DNA of 63,827 bases, counting the filler, from Intoshia linei (taxonomy: Eukaryota > Animalia > Orthonectida): assembly GCA_001642005.1 (NCBI GenBank). It is 4 parts of 4 records of this genome, joined end to end, with 100 filler letters (N's around TTAATTAATTAA, not from the genome) between each part and the next. Parts side by side here need not be neighbours in the genome. Positions count along the whole stretch, not along the records: positions 41,775 to 60,498 come from LWCA01000767.1; positions 60,599 to 63,827 come from LWCA01002124.1; 2 more parts are not named here. One strand, 5' to 3'. The notes below the pieces were generated by a model that worked only from the letters and a program-made list of their open reading frames with translations, had not been told where the DNA came from and searched no databases. Below are positions 52,154 through 63,827 of the stretch, in pieces. The stretch's first letter is position 1. Each line of letters begins with the position of its first letter. The position numbers and the translations under genes were made by a program.

Positions 52154-54321
52154 ATGGGTATTAATTGTGAAAAAAAATAAAAATTTATAAAATTTAGATA
52201 AAAACAAACAAAATTACAAAAGTTATAAACTTTTAGTAGACCCATTTTTGAAACAAGGCAAAATAAAAATATATAGATTTGATGGAATACTGCTGGGGGT
52301 ATTATGTACTGTTTTGCTTTAAAATGTATATTTAATAGGAAAAACATTCAAACGTGACTTGTTGTGATCCTCGTGGACTAAATTATGGAAATGCGTCAAA
52401 AATCAAAGAACACTGTTTGAAATTACCAAAGTTAATATTTGATGAAGACTACATCGGCGTGCCCGTGAAAAATGAAGTTTTATTTTCAAACCTGAATGAT
52501 AACATTAACGACGATTTTTTAAAATCAATGTGTGAACCTTATGGTAATGTGGTAAAGTGTTATGTAGTTTATGATGAACAAACAAGAAAGCATACTGGAA
52601 TTGGGGTAGTTAGCTTTGAAAAACCAAACAGCGCCAAGGAGTGTTTTAGTAGTTTGCATAATACGAATAAAATGGGAATGACTATATCTGCGTGTTTGGA
52701 CGTGATGGGTAAATAATTTTTTTACATGTATAAATTTTTATTTCAGGTGTAACTCGAAAAGAACTATTGAAATCTTTATATCAACCTAAAGCGGAAACAA
52801 ACGTCAACACTACAGAAAAGTACAATAATTTGGAATCCAGAATTACCGGTTTGTTGAACAATGATAAACTCACTACAATGTCTTCCGAAATAAGTAGTAA
52901 TAAAATTGAATTCACTCAAAATGATCCTAGAAGACATAACAACCACATTTATTCCAACCTCAGTTTAAAACCAGAAGTAAGACGATTTAAGTCAAAATTT
53001 GACGAACCATTCAAACCCATTAAATATACATCACCATCACACATTTTTATAGACCATGAAAAACCAAAAAAAACTTTTATTTTAGAATCTGGTATAACCT
53101 ACTCAACTGTTAAAACTGTGCAAAATGAAAAATGTCAAGATTTCGAATTATCAGAATATGAAAGCTTTATGGTTGCCATTTCAAGTACTCTGCGTAATGA
53201 ATTGGTGGGTGTATTATTTAGAGACTTTAAAAAGAATGTTACTGAAAATTGTATATTTGAAATCTTTAATGATTGGTGGTGTCAAGCAAATAAAAAAAAC
53301 TTATCAGAACGCAATAAACAACATCGTATCTCTGAGGATGTAGCCTCCAGTAAAATAACGTATTATAGAACACCTCTAAACCCTAAATTAGATGAACATT
53401 ATTTTAAACATCTTGAATCTAAACCAGAAATTTCCAAATCGATTGTAAAAAATGTACCAACAAGACACAGCCCGGGTAAAGTCCAACTAAAGCGTTCCCA
53501 AAAGACACACAAAGTATTAAATGATACCCCGTCCACTTGTATAAATAAAGATTCACATTATTGCAATGAAACTACACTATTTTTCGAAGACGAAATTAAT
53601 GATTTTTCTTATACACCCAATGTTAAAATTTCCAAAGTAGATAAAAACAGTTTCCATAATGGAATCAAACATGAAAATGTAATACAAAAAAAACTTTTTA
53701 CAGATTCAACTCAATTAAAATTGCCGGAAACTGAATGTGATAATTTAAATTTTGAAATTTTAGAAAATTCACAAAAATCAAAACTAGATAATTTTAGCAA
53801 ATCACATGTTGTAGAAAATTGTCCCAATGTTAATCTCGACGACACTTTGTCAGCTTCAGAAAACGAAGAATATCTACGAAACTTTTCTTTACCTGAAGAG
53901 TTGAGATATGAACACAGTTATTGTAAAACTTTTTTATTAGCTTCTTTGGATGATCCAATTCCTGTCGGTAAACGAATAAAATTACAAGAATACAAAGAAA
54001 GAGAAGAATTGAAAATTTTACATTATAAAAAATTGGTTAAAAAAATTAAAAAATTTCAAAAAAAAATTAATAAGATGGAACCTGGTACCAAAGAAATTAT
54101 TGGCTTGCTTGATAATTGTGTTTCTTATCATAGTGTATCGTCTAAAAAAATTTCTTTGCATGATCCAAAAATTGAATATCAGAAATTGGTAGAATGTGTT
54201 CAAAATTTTTCTCTTCAAATTGATCAAGAAGATTTAAACTATATTTATCAAGTTTACAGACAAAAGTATTCTACTGATTTACCGTGGATATCAGTCAAGT
54301 GCGTTCGAGATCAATATTCAT
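52154..54321 (+). CDS. SETD1: Histone H3K4 methyltransferase SETD1/Set1, 5' portion only (no N-SET/SET exons found); exons 52154-52157, 52198-52298, 52339-52708, 52747-54321
   Basis: SYKLLVDPF...KIYRFDG, DPR, LPKLIFDEDYIG, RRM EVLFSNLNDNI...TRKHTGIG...LHNTNKMG, RDFKKNVTE...FNDWW, EHSYC and IDQEDLNYI are all characteristic of SETD1A/B. The last visible exon ends at a donor GTAAAT. Confidence 0.88.
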
Positions 54322-54559
54322 GTAAATACTTTTCATATTAATGTTTATTTTATCTAGGCCAGGGGTTCCTAAACTTATTTTGCCTACCGCCCACCTTTTT
54401 AGCTATATATTTTCTCAACGCCTCCTAAAAAAAATTTCGACTACGTCGTATATATATAGATTTATACAATTATATAGATTTTCACCCAGATTTCTTTATT
54501 GGAAATGTGTAGACATTCAATGCACATTTTTTTTAAAATTGTAGGATCAATATTTATAT

Positions 54560-55132
54560 TTTCAATTTTTATTTTCATCGAGAATGCGTAGATTTCTCGT
54601 GTTTAACTTTTGTATTTATATCAACTGGAATAAACTCTATCAGAATAATTTTTTTTTAATTTTCGAACCTTTAATTATTTTACATTTTTTGTTTTAATAA
54701 AATATTTCGGAAAAAAATATATGAATGCTAAAATGCTTTTTTGACCGTGAAGTTGTCACTTATTCGGATTGAAATTTTTTTAAATTATATGGCTGTTTTC
54801 ATTAAAAAAAGAAGGGTAATTTGGGGTTTTGGCCCTGAAGATATAATTTTGTTAAATTTAAATTTATGATAATGTTTATGATTTTAAAATCTGTATCAGC
54901 GTATATATTTATGTAAATTCTCCAATTCGTTTGATTTTCAAAAAGGGGGACAACAGGGGTTTTTAATCCGTAAGATGTGAAATTGGGAGGTTGAAATATA
55001 TTTTGCGAACACCCCCGGAAAAAAACTGTAACTGAAATGTGAACTTTATAAAATTCTAATACGGGTAGTTATTTAAATAAAGTTGAACACACACACACAC
55101 AAAAATAGCATAGCATATTATGTAAGTTAGGA
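54560..55132 (-). mobile_element. Helitron-like repeat family copy
   Basis: Minus-strand start A|TCCTAACTTACATAA followed by (TG)n. Reverse complement of 57506-57980, and shares blocks with 1-350 and 32850-33300. Confidence 0.65.
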
Positions 55133-55396
55133 TAACACTGTTTAACACCAAAAACATGCAAGGATGATGAATACATCATCTTTTTCGTTTCAATGAACTG
55201 GTCAACGCTATAACAATATTATTTTTCAATCACGTCCAGATTTTTTTTAATTGACAGTAAAGTTGCAAAAATGTCAAAATTAGGTGGTTTTCAATCCCAT
55301 TTTAAACACAATTAGAAACGCCAACTATGTATTTTATGTAACATCATACATATATAATATATTAATTAATGTCATACTATATTTTGTATATATATT

Positions 55397-55658
55397 AGTT
55401 CGCGACACCTTAGAGGGTAAGTTTTTTAAAATCTTATTCAGAATTAATTCAAATTTGGCATACCAGTTTATCATTAGGTAATATACAGTTCTCATTAGCG
55501 CAATTAGTATCACATCTCAAAATGGTCTACATAACCTATAAATTTTAAATTCAATTTAAATTATAAATATCTTAAAAGTATTCTCTTATTTATATCTTTA
55601 TATTTTAATATCTTATTAAAAATATCAAACATTACTACCGAGATGTGTTAGTAAAAAT
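55397..55658 (+). repeat. About 260-bp near-identical copy of 50929-51189
   Basis: cgacaccttagaggg...gagatgtgttagtaaaaat is present twice with only a few mismatches. Confidence 0.9.
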
Positions 55659-55689
55659 GATGATATATGACATTGAAACCGGTGTAAAT

Positions 55690-56140
55690 CTACGAAAAAT
55701 CAACCTGGTGGATTGTTTTGATATCCTTAACACTGTGGATTAAACATGTTAAAATAGAAACAATTAAAAATTGCTGCACTGAAGCTGGATTTAATTTTAA
55801 TGATAATTGTAATAATGATTTTACTCAATTTGTGAATAATATACAGAATGCACTCAATAATTGGAATAAACTAACTGAATTGATAGAACTTGATATAAAT
55901 TATGAAGAATATATTAATATCAAAGAAAATATTTCATCAATGATGATGAATGATAGTGAAATCATTGATTCTATTAATTTCGAGTCTACATTAACTGAAG
56001 AAGAAATTGAAGATGAACCTCCAGCGACCAAAAAACAAAAAGAAAATGCAGTTAATCTTATATATAAAGAATTAAATCGTATCGGTGTTCTATATTCTAT
56101 ATAAAATGATTTAGCTGCTGTTAAAAGTTATTTGGAATAA
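55690..56140 (+). pseudogene. pogo/Tigger (CENP-B-like) transposase C-terminal remnant
   Basis: KINLVDC...WIKHVKIETIKNCCTEAGF...YEEYINI...MNDSEIIDSI...EEEIEDEPP resembles the Tigger-family tail. Confidence 0.6.
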
Positions 56141-56199
56141 ATATATGTCAATTAAAATTTTCAATATTATGGCTGCCAGCGCCATATTTTAGATAGATT

Positions 56200-56810
56200 G
56201 TTAAGAATATATATGGATAAAATTTTGTGTCCTAACGCTATCAGTCCAAATTTTAATTATAATTTTGTATTATGGTTAATTTGGAATGGAAAATTCTACA
56301 TAGGAGAAATTAATATACCAAAAAGTGGAAATTGGTACAGCGATGACTATGCTGAATTAAAAAAACTGTGTAATGCCAATAAAATACTGGAAAAAAAGTT
56401 AAAATTAAATGGAAGAAATTACCAAATATGTCAAATGCCAGATAAAATATCCGCGCTAATTTAGCATTAATGGCATATATTTTAGGTTTTAGAAACATAG
56501 GTTTGGAAGAATGTTGTAATTTTGTTGTAAATATTTGGTTTGATGCATGAAAACAATTTGTATCAATAATACATCAATCAAAAATGTATAAAAAATTAAA
56601 TATGTCTCTTAAAGGGAAAAAAATTCATTTTTTTCTTAATAAACGCAAATATACGTCTCAACCGAAATTGGACGTACTGTTGACCAACGAGGTAGCTGAG
56701 CGATCTCTCTCAAGGCTAAATATTTTAAAAGATCACTCCAAAAATATCTCAAATTTAAGAAAAGAACTAATTCTCGATGTGTATCATAAGTTGATCCTTT
56801 TTAATTGACA
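56200..56810 (+). pseudogene. Degenerate hAT-like transposase remnant
   Basis: DDYAEL and LLTNEVAERSLSRL motifs, with multiple disruptions. Confidence 0.4.
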
Positions 56811-57505
56811 AATTCATCTATACTTTTGGTTTTTTTATTTTAATAATATATTTTAGATTTTTAACTATGTCGTATTAAACTGTATTATAATATTATTATG
56901 GAAGACAGAAATCTAGACTATTCTAATTTAATTTAGAATAAATAAATAATTACAATTAAATATTGTGTTACTATTTATATATTTTTAATTATTAGAATAA
57001 GAATACAAATTTGATTTATAGTGTATTTAATTTATATTAGGTATAATGCCTATTCGTTTTATTGTTAAAAAGTTTAGTTTCTATTAAATTAAGATTAGAA
57101 AAACCCTTTACTGGGTTATATTTTTTGAATTGGATTTGTGTGTCTTACAAGTGTTACACTTCTGTTCGACGTCTTTCTCTGTTTAACTCAAAAAAGTCAT
57201 CAAAAAATAAAAATAATTCGTGTAAACCAATGAGAATTCAGATAATAAACTATTTTTCAATAAATTTTAGGAAAATCTTTATTTGCAGTCTGCAACTCGA
57301 CCATCAACATTTCCTAAAAAATAAAAGTCACATAGTAGTTTAAATATAAATACTAGCTTAATTTTACTAACGCTAAGAAAAACTCGCAAAATTTCTACTT
57401 TTTGAAACACGCTAGTGTATATACAAGTAATAATTGAGGATACATGATTTATGAGATTGAAATTTACAATAATGCTGATGATTTTAAAAACTTTCCCAGA
57501 AAGTA

Positions 57506-57980
57506 TCCTAATTTATATAAAAGGCTACACGATTTTTGTTTGTGTGTGTGTTTCTGTGACTTTAATGAAATAAATACGACTCTTAGAATTTTGTAAAAAC
57601 CACATTTCAATTACAATTTTCCGGGACGTATAATACAATAAATTTCAACCTCCCAATTTCACATCTTAGGGGTCAAAACCCCTGTTGTCCCCCTTTTTGA
57701 AAATCAAACTGGTTGGAAAATTTAAAAAAATATATACGCTGATACGGATTTTAAAATCATAAAAATTATCATACATTCAAATTTAAAAAAATTATATCTT
57801 CATGGCCAAATTACCCTTCTTTTTTTAATGAAAACAGCCCTAGAATTTCAAAAAATTTACAAGTTGTACAGTTGTATCGTGTTAACACAAATAAAAAATT
57901 TCAATCCGAATAAGTGACGACTTTACGGTCAAAAAAAGCATTTTAGTATTCATATATTTTTTTTCCAAAATATTTTATTA
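57506..57980 (+). mobile_element. Helitron-like repeat family copy, inverted relative to 54560-55132
   Basis: A|TCCTAATTTATATAAA, (TG)n, cctcccaatttcacatctt...cccctgttgtcccccttttt...gtgacgactttacggtcaaaaaaagca. Confidence 0.65.
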
Positions 57981-58505
57981 ACAGTACGCGACACCTATTA
58001 GAAAAATGTAAATAAATACGCATCTAAATAAAAATTAAAATATTGAACTGTGAAAATGTATCAATACTATGCATATTATTGCAGTGCAAATAGTAAAACT
58101 TTTAAATTTAACGTTAAAGACCTAAATTTTATCTTTATCAATAAAAATTTTTTAAATAAGCAATAACCGTGAACATTAAATTTAAATAAACTAAAAAAAT
58201 GACTGATTTCACTTTTTATAATTTACAAATTTCAATTCCATCAAATTTTCAATTTCATAACTGAATATTAATTTTTAATCTTTGTTAATTAAAATTAATA
58301 AAAAGTGATATGCTTGTTGATCGGCTATCTGATATGAGAAAATAAACTATGAAGATGACCTATCTGATGAATATCAAAGTTCTGGCGAATCTATGATTTC
58401 AGTTCAGATGATGATAATATAGAATGTGATTCTGATAACCTCATTTGATAAATATACATTTTAATTGTTGATTTATAATATAAATCTTATCAATAACATT
58501 ACATT

Positions 58506-59392
58506 CAGGGCCGGATTAACCCCTTTAGGTGCCCTAAGCACTACTAAGCACTAACGATTTTAGTGCCCTCTATATATAAGTAATTCAAAATGTAAACAAA
58601 AGTAAACTATAAAATTTTATTTTTCGAAATGAAACAAAACTTACAATAAGATAAAATATAATTTTTATGTAAATATATATACTTTCACTTCATATATAAT
58701 TTGAAAAATTTTCTCCTACATTTTATAATTGCAAAGTCTTTGATAAGATCCTCAAAACTTATCTTGCGTAACATATCTGCTTCTATACTTAGTAGAGATT
58801 AGTCATCCAGCCTGCCTTGTTGCATAGTTGTTCTGTTGGCATTTTTAATATTCTTCAACTGGGAAAATAAACGCTCAGCTGAGCAATTTGTAACCATTAA
58901 TGTTAAAAATATTCGAAAGGCAATTTCTACATTTTAGAATGCACACTCAATATTGTCTTCTACAATTATTTTATAAAGTTCAGCATGACTAAATCTTGTT
59001 TTTACATTTTCTTGTACACTGAATTTATGGCACACATATGAGTGAAACTGCTAAAGCTCAACAGATAAATTAATGTTCAAGTCCTTAGGGTAAGCATCAA
59101 TCATATTTTTGCAACCCTGAGAATACCTTTCAATTTCAGTAGATGATGAAGTAACATTATGTGGCACATCACTTAGACAAGAAAATTTCTCTGCTATTTC
59201 TTTGTATATTTCTCCTCTTTTTCTCATCTCAGTTTTAAGTGTTTAAGTAAGTATGAATTTGCACATTATTTGGCGCTGAAAAAAAATAATTGTATAATAA
59301 ATCCAATTTAAATCCGACAATAATTTTTTTGTGGTGCCCCTTATGATGCCCTAAGCACGTGCTTATATTGCTTAATGGTTAATCCAGCCCTG
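58506..59392 (-). mobile_element. Internally deleted hAT element retaining the dimerisation domain
   Basis: TIRs CAGGGCCGGATTAACC / GGTTAATCCAGCCCTG and a perfect TSD attacatt. Minus-strand translation NVEIAFRIFLTLMVTNCSAERLFSQLKNIK...MQQGRL...LLSIE. Confidence 0.92.
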
Positions 59393-59901
59393 ATTACATT
59401 ATTTGATAATATTTTAATATTTTGGGTAAAATTACTTTCGAATCTTAAAACTTAATTTTAACTTTAAATAAGCTTGATAAACTTTTTTGAAATTATTAGA
59501 AAAGATACTTAACTTAGTCATACGGTATGATTCATACAGTACATAAAAAATAAAAACATTAAATATAACAGAATTGACTATTTTCGTTGTAAAAATTATA
59601 ATTTAAAAAAAAGCAAAATATCAGGTATTCGACTAAATATCTAAAATTTATTTGCATATCTTTTGTCGATCCTATTACATCATTTGTAAATACAAAGAAG
59701 TTCAATGTAAAACAAAATGTATCTGGATAATCTCAAGTTATATTTTATAACCAAAAGATTAGAAATTTGGTCTTATTAATTTTTTAAATAATTGGTAACA
59801 CAGACATTACATTTTATACAAGTAAAGTAAACCATAATAACCATTTCCACGCACCGGATACCAACACCGTATATTTATTTTACATACGATTTTTCGATAT
59901 A

Positions 59902-60498
59902 TTAGGTTGTCCATAAAGTTATGTCGCTTTTATTTTCACAATTTTTTTTAATCACTATATGATCAAAAACATTTAAAATAATTTGAAATTAACAATGCTT
60001 TTGGATAAAATATTTAATGATGCATCAGATGAACATGTAAATTATTAATATACACAAATATTTATTATAAATTTAGACAAAAAACTTTTGAGATTTTGAA
60101 GAACATATTCGCCATATTCTACCATATGAGTATAATAATTCTCATTCTGCTGTTAAAGCAACTCAAAATATATGTAGTGTGTATGGTCAAGATGTCATAC
60201 AACGAAGAAAAACACAAAGATGGTTCACCAAGTTCATTAAAAAAAATTATAGCTTAAGGGATGCCCAACGTTCCGGTAGACCTCTCGTGTATGATATTGA
60301 TTCAATAAAAGAAGCATTGAACATCTCTCTTATTCAAACATGTAGATCGCTTGTTTGACATCTACATTGTCACTTACTAATATTGCTGGTTGTTCAAAAT
60401 CAAGTCTGTTTAATGTTAAAAAGGATGATAAAGGTCAATAGGTCTGGTATATGGGTTCCTCACTTATTGTCAAATCAGCAGAGATTAAATAGAGTTAA
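59902..60498 (+). mobile_element. mariner element, 5' half, disrupted and cut by the gap
   Basis: TA|TTAGGTTGTCCATAAAG terminus. EHIRHILYHEY...ATQNICSVYG...QRWFTKF...RSGRP...WVPHLL. Confidence 0.9.
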
Positions 60499-60598
60499 NN
60501 NNNNNNNNNNNNNNNNNNNNNNNNNNNNNNNNNNNNNNNNNNTTAATTAATTAANNNNNNNNNNNNNNNNNNNNNNNNNNNNNNNNNNNNNNNNNNNN
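60499..60598. other. Artificial assembly spacer N44-TTAATTAATTAA-N44
   Basis: Seen directly. Confidence 0.97.
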
Positions 60599-60915
60599 GT
60601 TTGTAATGTTTAGTCTTTCAATTTCTTTAAACGTTTACATTACTTTTCATAGTGACTATTACTAAGATTCAGTGTACACAATATTATCATAAAAGATTGT
60701 TGTTTCAAATCTTTAGCTTATGTTATTCTTATGAGTTATGGTTCAACATAAGTCGTCAAAGGACATTTATTTCGATATAACACCTGTCGGTACAAGTCGA
60801 CTCTATTATAACCTTATGAACAAGACAATGATCATATTTATGTAAATTTGTTATCATGAGTCATGACAAAAAAATATTAACATTATTAAAAATTACTTAA
60901 AGATTTTTTCTAATA

Positions 60916-61518
60916 CAGTGAAAATCTCATTTAACGAATATTTCATTTAACGAACGTCGAAATTTTATTTTCTATATAAATGCCTAAATATCTGGTATTT
61001 AACGAATTTTTGATTAACGAACGCGTAAATTCAATATTATTTTATTTTTTTAGTGGTTTTTAGGAGTTTTTTAAAATATTGTTATGGTTTTAAATATTAG
61101 ATGGACTATAAAAAAATTCTTTTATGAACTCATAGAATCTTTTTATATAATAAAAAGTTTAATTATTTGTTAATATTAAATGGGAAATATTTTAATAAAA
61201 AATTTTCAGTATTTTCAACAAAAATTGTCAGTATAAATATTAAAATGTCAGTAATAAAATTATTTTGTCAGTATTCAATTATACATTTGTTAGTATATTT
61301 AAAGTACTGACAAAATATTTTTTTTACTGCCCTTTCAATTTAAATACTGACATCTTGTCACCTGAAACCTAAAAACTGACAATTTAATATTTTTACTGAC
61401 AAACTATTTAAAATACTGACGCGATAAATACAAGCCATATTAAATATAATTTTGATAAATTTAAGACATGTGTGCAGCAGCACATTTCTAATATTTTCGT
61501 TAAATGATATTTTGACTG
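60916..61518. mobile_element. pogo/Tc1-type MITE with an internal fold-back
   Basis: TA|CAGTGAAAATCTCATTTAACGAA ... TTCGTTAAATGATATTTTGACTG|TA. Confidence 0.8.
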
Positions 61519-62979
61519 TATACGTTATTCACTACTCGGTTAAATAGATATTTTCTTGAAAAATCATATAAAAAAATCCACTTAATCAAACCACAAAATA
61601 AAAAATACAATTTTACCAACCCTTAAAATAAAAATACCCTTTTTTAAATATTTTTTTGAAAAAACACAAATTTACCAAATCTTATGAGAAAACCTCTTAT
61701 TCCATCCCCAAAATAAAACTACAATATTACCAAAGCTTAAGAGAAATATCCTCTTTTTCCAATATCATTTTGATAAATTCGATTTTACGAAACACTAAAA
61801 AAATCACTTAATCAAACCACAAAATAAAAAATCTAATTATACCAACCCTTAAGGTAAAAATACTTTTTTCGAAAAACACGATTTTACTAAATCCATTGAT
61901 GAAAAATCTTTAATTGTTTCATCAATTTTTTATATTTCATGGTTGTTTGGGTCCAAAAAAATAAACATTTATAAATAGCAGTCTGTACACTATTTGAACC
62001 GACAACTCCATTAAAATAATTGAAAAATGAAACTATTATGATTTTGAATTCCATTTAACCTATAGTCACAGGTCATTTCATTTCATATAATTACTAATCA
62101 ATTATTATTATCATCATGAATCAAGATGAAAATAAAATTTTTAATTTAAACGGAAAAATATATAGTATAATTATGATGCTATAGTCCATTTTACATTAAA
62201 ATTTAACGGAATTTTTGTAGTTCAGAAAAATTCAGTTAATTATAAAAGAATTAGCCTGTACATTGAAATGTTACTCTGTTTATTCGAAAAGGACTATATC
62301 GATTTTATTTGATTCACACATTTTATTTGATTGCCATCATTTTTCACAGGGCCTCCTTTTTCCAAATTGTATTATGTAATTATTGACTCATAAATATTCT
62401 ATTTTAAATTTAAACTGTAAAATAGAGACCGTACACGGCCGTGGAAGTGTGGTTATAGTTATATCGTTATGCATCGTTTGTGAAAATTTTACGTGGCCCA
62501 TTTTTGATTTTCGGGTGTAATTCGATCTTGGTAGGTTCGGCTCCAATCGGTGGTATAGTATTTACAGATAATTCAAAAATCTGTTTCAATTTTACCAACT
62601 ACCCTCTTTAATGTTAACCATTAGCAAATAATATTTGATTTAGAAATTTTTAGGGGCGCCCGAAAAAATTTTTTTTTGAAATAGTGGGTCCGTGTAATTT
62701 TAAGTTTAAGAACTACCGGTTTATATTATTTATAATGAGTATTATTTTTGATTTCGCAGTGGACCATGTTAGGAATCATCGATGTAAAGAATTGAAGAGT
62801 TGGGAACTGTGAATTGTGAGAATACTGAATTAACATATAAATTTAACTAGTTATTACATTTTTCTCAAATTTTGAAAATACACAAGTTCAGTGTCACCAT
62901 AATAGAATCACTAATGTGTAACCATTAAAATTCAATTTTAATATTAATAATTTAAATAGAAAAAAAATTAAACAGCACA

Positions 62980-63450
62980 TTACAATATCAATTTACCTTC
63001 TGCAATTTTATTCAAATTATTTCCTAGTTTACGTGGATTATATTTGACAGGGGATTTTTTTTTTCTCATAATTTTGTCTATTCCCGTTTTTATTCTAATC
63101 TGAGCAGAATGTGGCAAATTTATCATTACATTAGGAATCGCCCTTGTATTTTCCTTTTTCTCTAGTTTTGCAAATTCAGCCATTTTCATAGCATCAAGTA
63201 TTACAGCATCAGGATTATGATGATGTTGTCCCTTAAATATGATGGAATTGATAGATTCTTCGTTGACTATGGTTCTGAGGTTTTTATTTGACGTCATTTT
63301 ACATTTACATCTTGAAAAGGCACATCTCCAGTATATACTTTGAATGTTGCTTTTGTGTATTGTATAAAAATAACCACAATAATATAATTTTGGTTTTCCT
63401 CTGATGGTTGAAAATAATTTTACATTAAATTCATAGTTAGATTTAAACAT
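62980..63450 (-). CDS. FLYWCH zinc-finger ORF (Mutator transposase N-terminus or a host gene derived from one)
   Basis: RGKPKLYYCGYFY...YWRC....CKC...HHH has the F/L-Y-W-C-H pattern. Probable donor G|GTAAAT near 62996. Confidence 0.7.
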   Translation of the reverse strand: MFKSNYEFNVKLFSTIRGKPKLYYCGYFYTIHKSNIQSIYWRCAFSRCKCKMTSNKNLRTIVNEESINSIIFKGQHHHNPDAVILDAMKMAEFAKLEKKENTRAIPNVMINLPHSAQIRIKTGIDKIMRKKKSPVKYNPRKLGNNLNKIAEGKLIL

Positions 63451-63827
63451 TTGTAAAATTTTTAATATTACTACAATTCGTACAGCAGAAATTTAAAAAT
63501 GAACGTAATTTGAAAATAGCAAATAATATAATCGCAATAAACTCGTCACTAATCGTTTCATAATGAAACGATTAACTATTAGTTGAATAACTATAGATAC
63601 ACATCTTCCCTGCACTACACCTACATTGTCACTGACGAGTCGTCACTAATTCGATTCATGTTGTGATCAAATTATTACATGTAATTTCAAATTGATGGAT
63701 TATTAATTATACATATGTATTTGGTAACTAAAATTTTCAGTTAGATTAAGAGATTTGACATTAGGGTGTCCATTTTTTAAACTTTCCGTTGAATTAACAA
63801 AAGTATATTTTACTGAGCGTTCGAAAT

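Noticed and set aside
57062-57343. Candidate SETD1 downstream exon
   Set aside because: No SET1 motifs. The opposite strand (KDVEQKCNTCKTHK) looks more like an integrase zinc-finger remnant.
1-63827. A functionally coherent gene cluster (cadherin, HD-PTP, palmitoyltransferase, Flattop, myotrophin) as a novel system
   Set aside because: These are ordinary conserved animal genes split across artificial joins. Nothing in the sequence shows co-regulation beyond the Flattop-ZDHHC spacing.

Overview
This is very AT-rich eukaryotic (metazoan) genomic DNA, not prokaryotic. It is split into four segments by three artificial 100-nt spacers (N44-TTAATTAATTAA-N44). I reconstructed the spliced genes by hand; most introns are tiny (about 32-56 nt, GT-AG). 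Complete genes: an ANKRD33-like ankyrin protein (-), PTPN23/HD-PTP (-, 10 exons), AMP deaminase (+, 15 exons, one GC-AG intron), Flattop/CFAP126 (+, absent from the ORF track), a ZDHHC16-like palmitoyltransferase (+) and myotrophin (-). Partial genes: a 5'-truncated type-III (DN-like) classical cadherin (+), a 3'-truncated SETD1 (+), an orphan gene fragment (-) and a FLYWCH ORF (-). Long introns and intergenic DNA are filled with decayed transposons: hAT MITEs with 8-bp TSDs, Tc1/mariner/pogo, piggyBac, Merlin, a Ty3/gypsy 3' end, a Helitron-like family and a tRNA-like repeat. Compact genes, minimal introns, fast-evolving proteins and a ciliary gene fit a reduced, ciliated parasitic invertebrate such as an orthonectid (Intoshia-like); that is inference only. 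I found no convincing new multi-gene system. The most notable items are a Tc1-type DD34E transposase carrying two host-style mini-introns, a cadherin whose p120-binding GGG core reads AAD, a Cys-to-Ser HD-PTP active site, and a 37-bp spacing between Flattop and ZDHHC. All homology calls come from recalled family motifs, not database searches.
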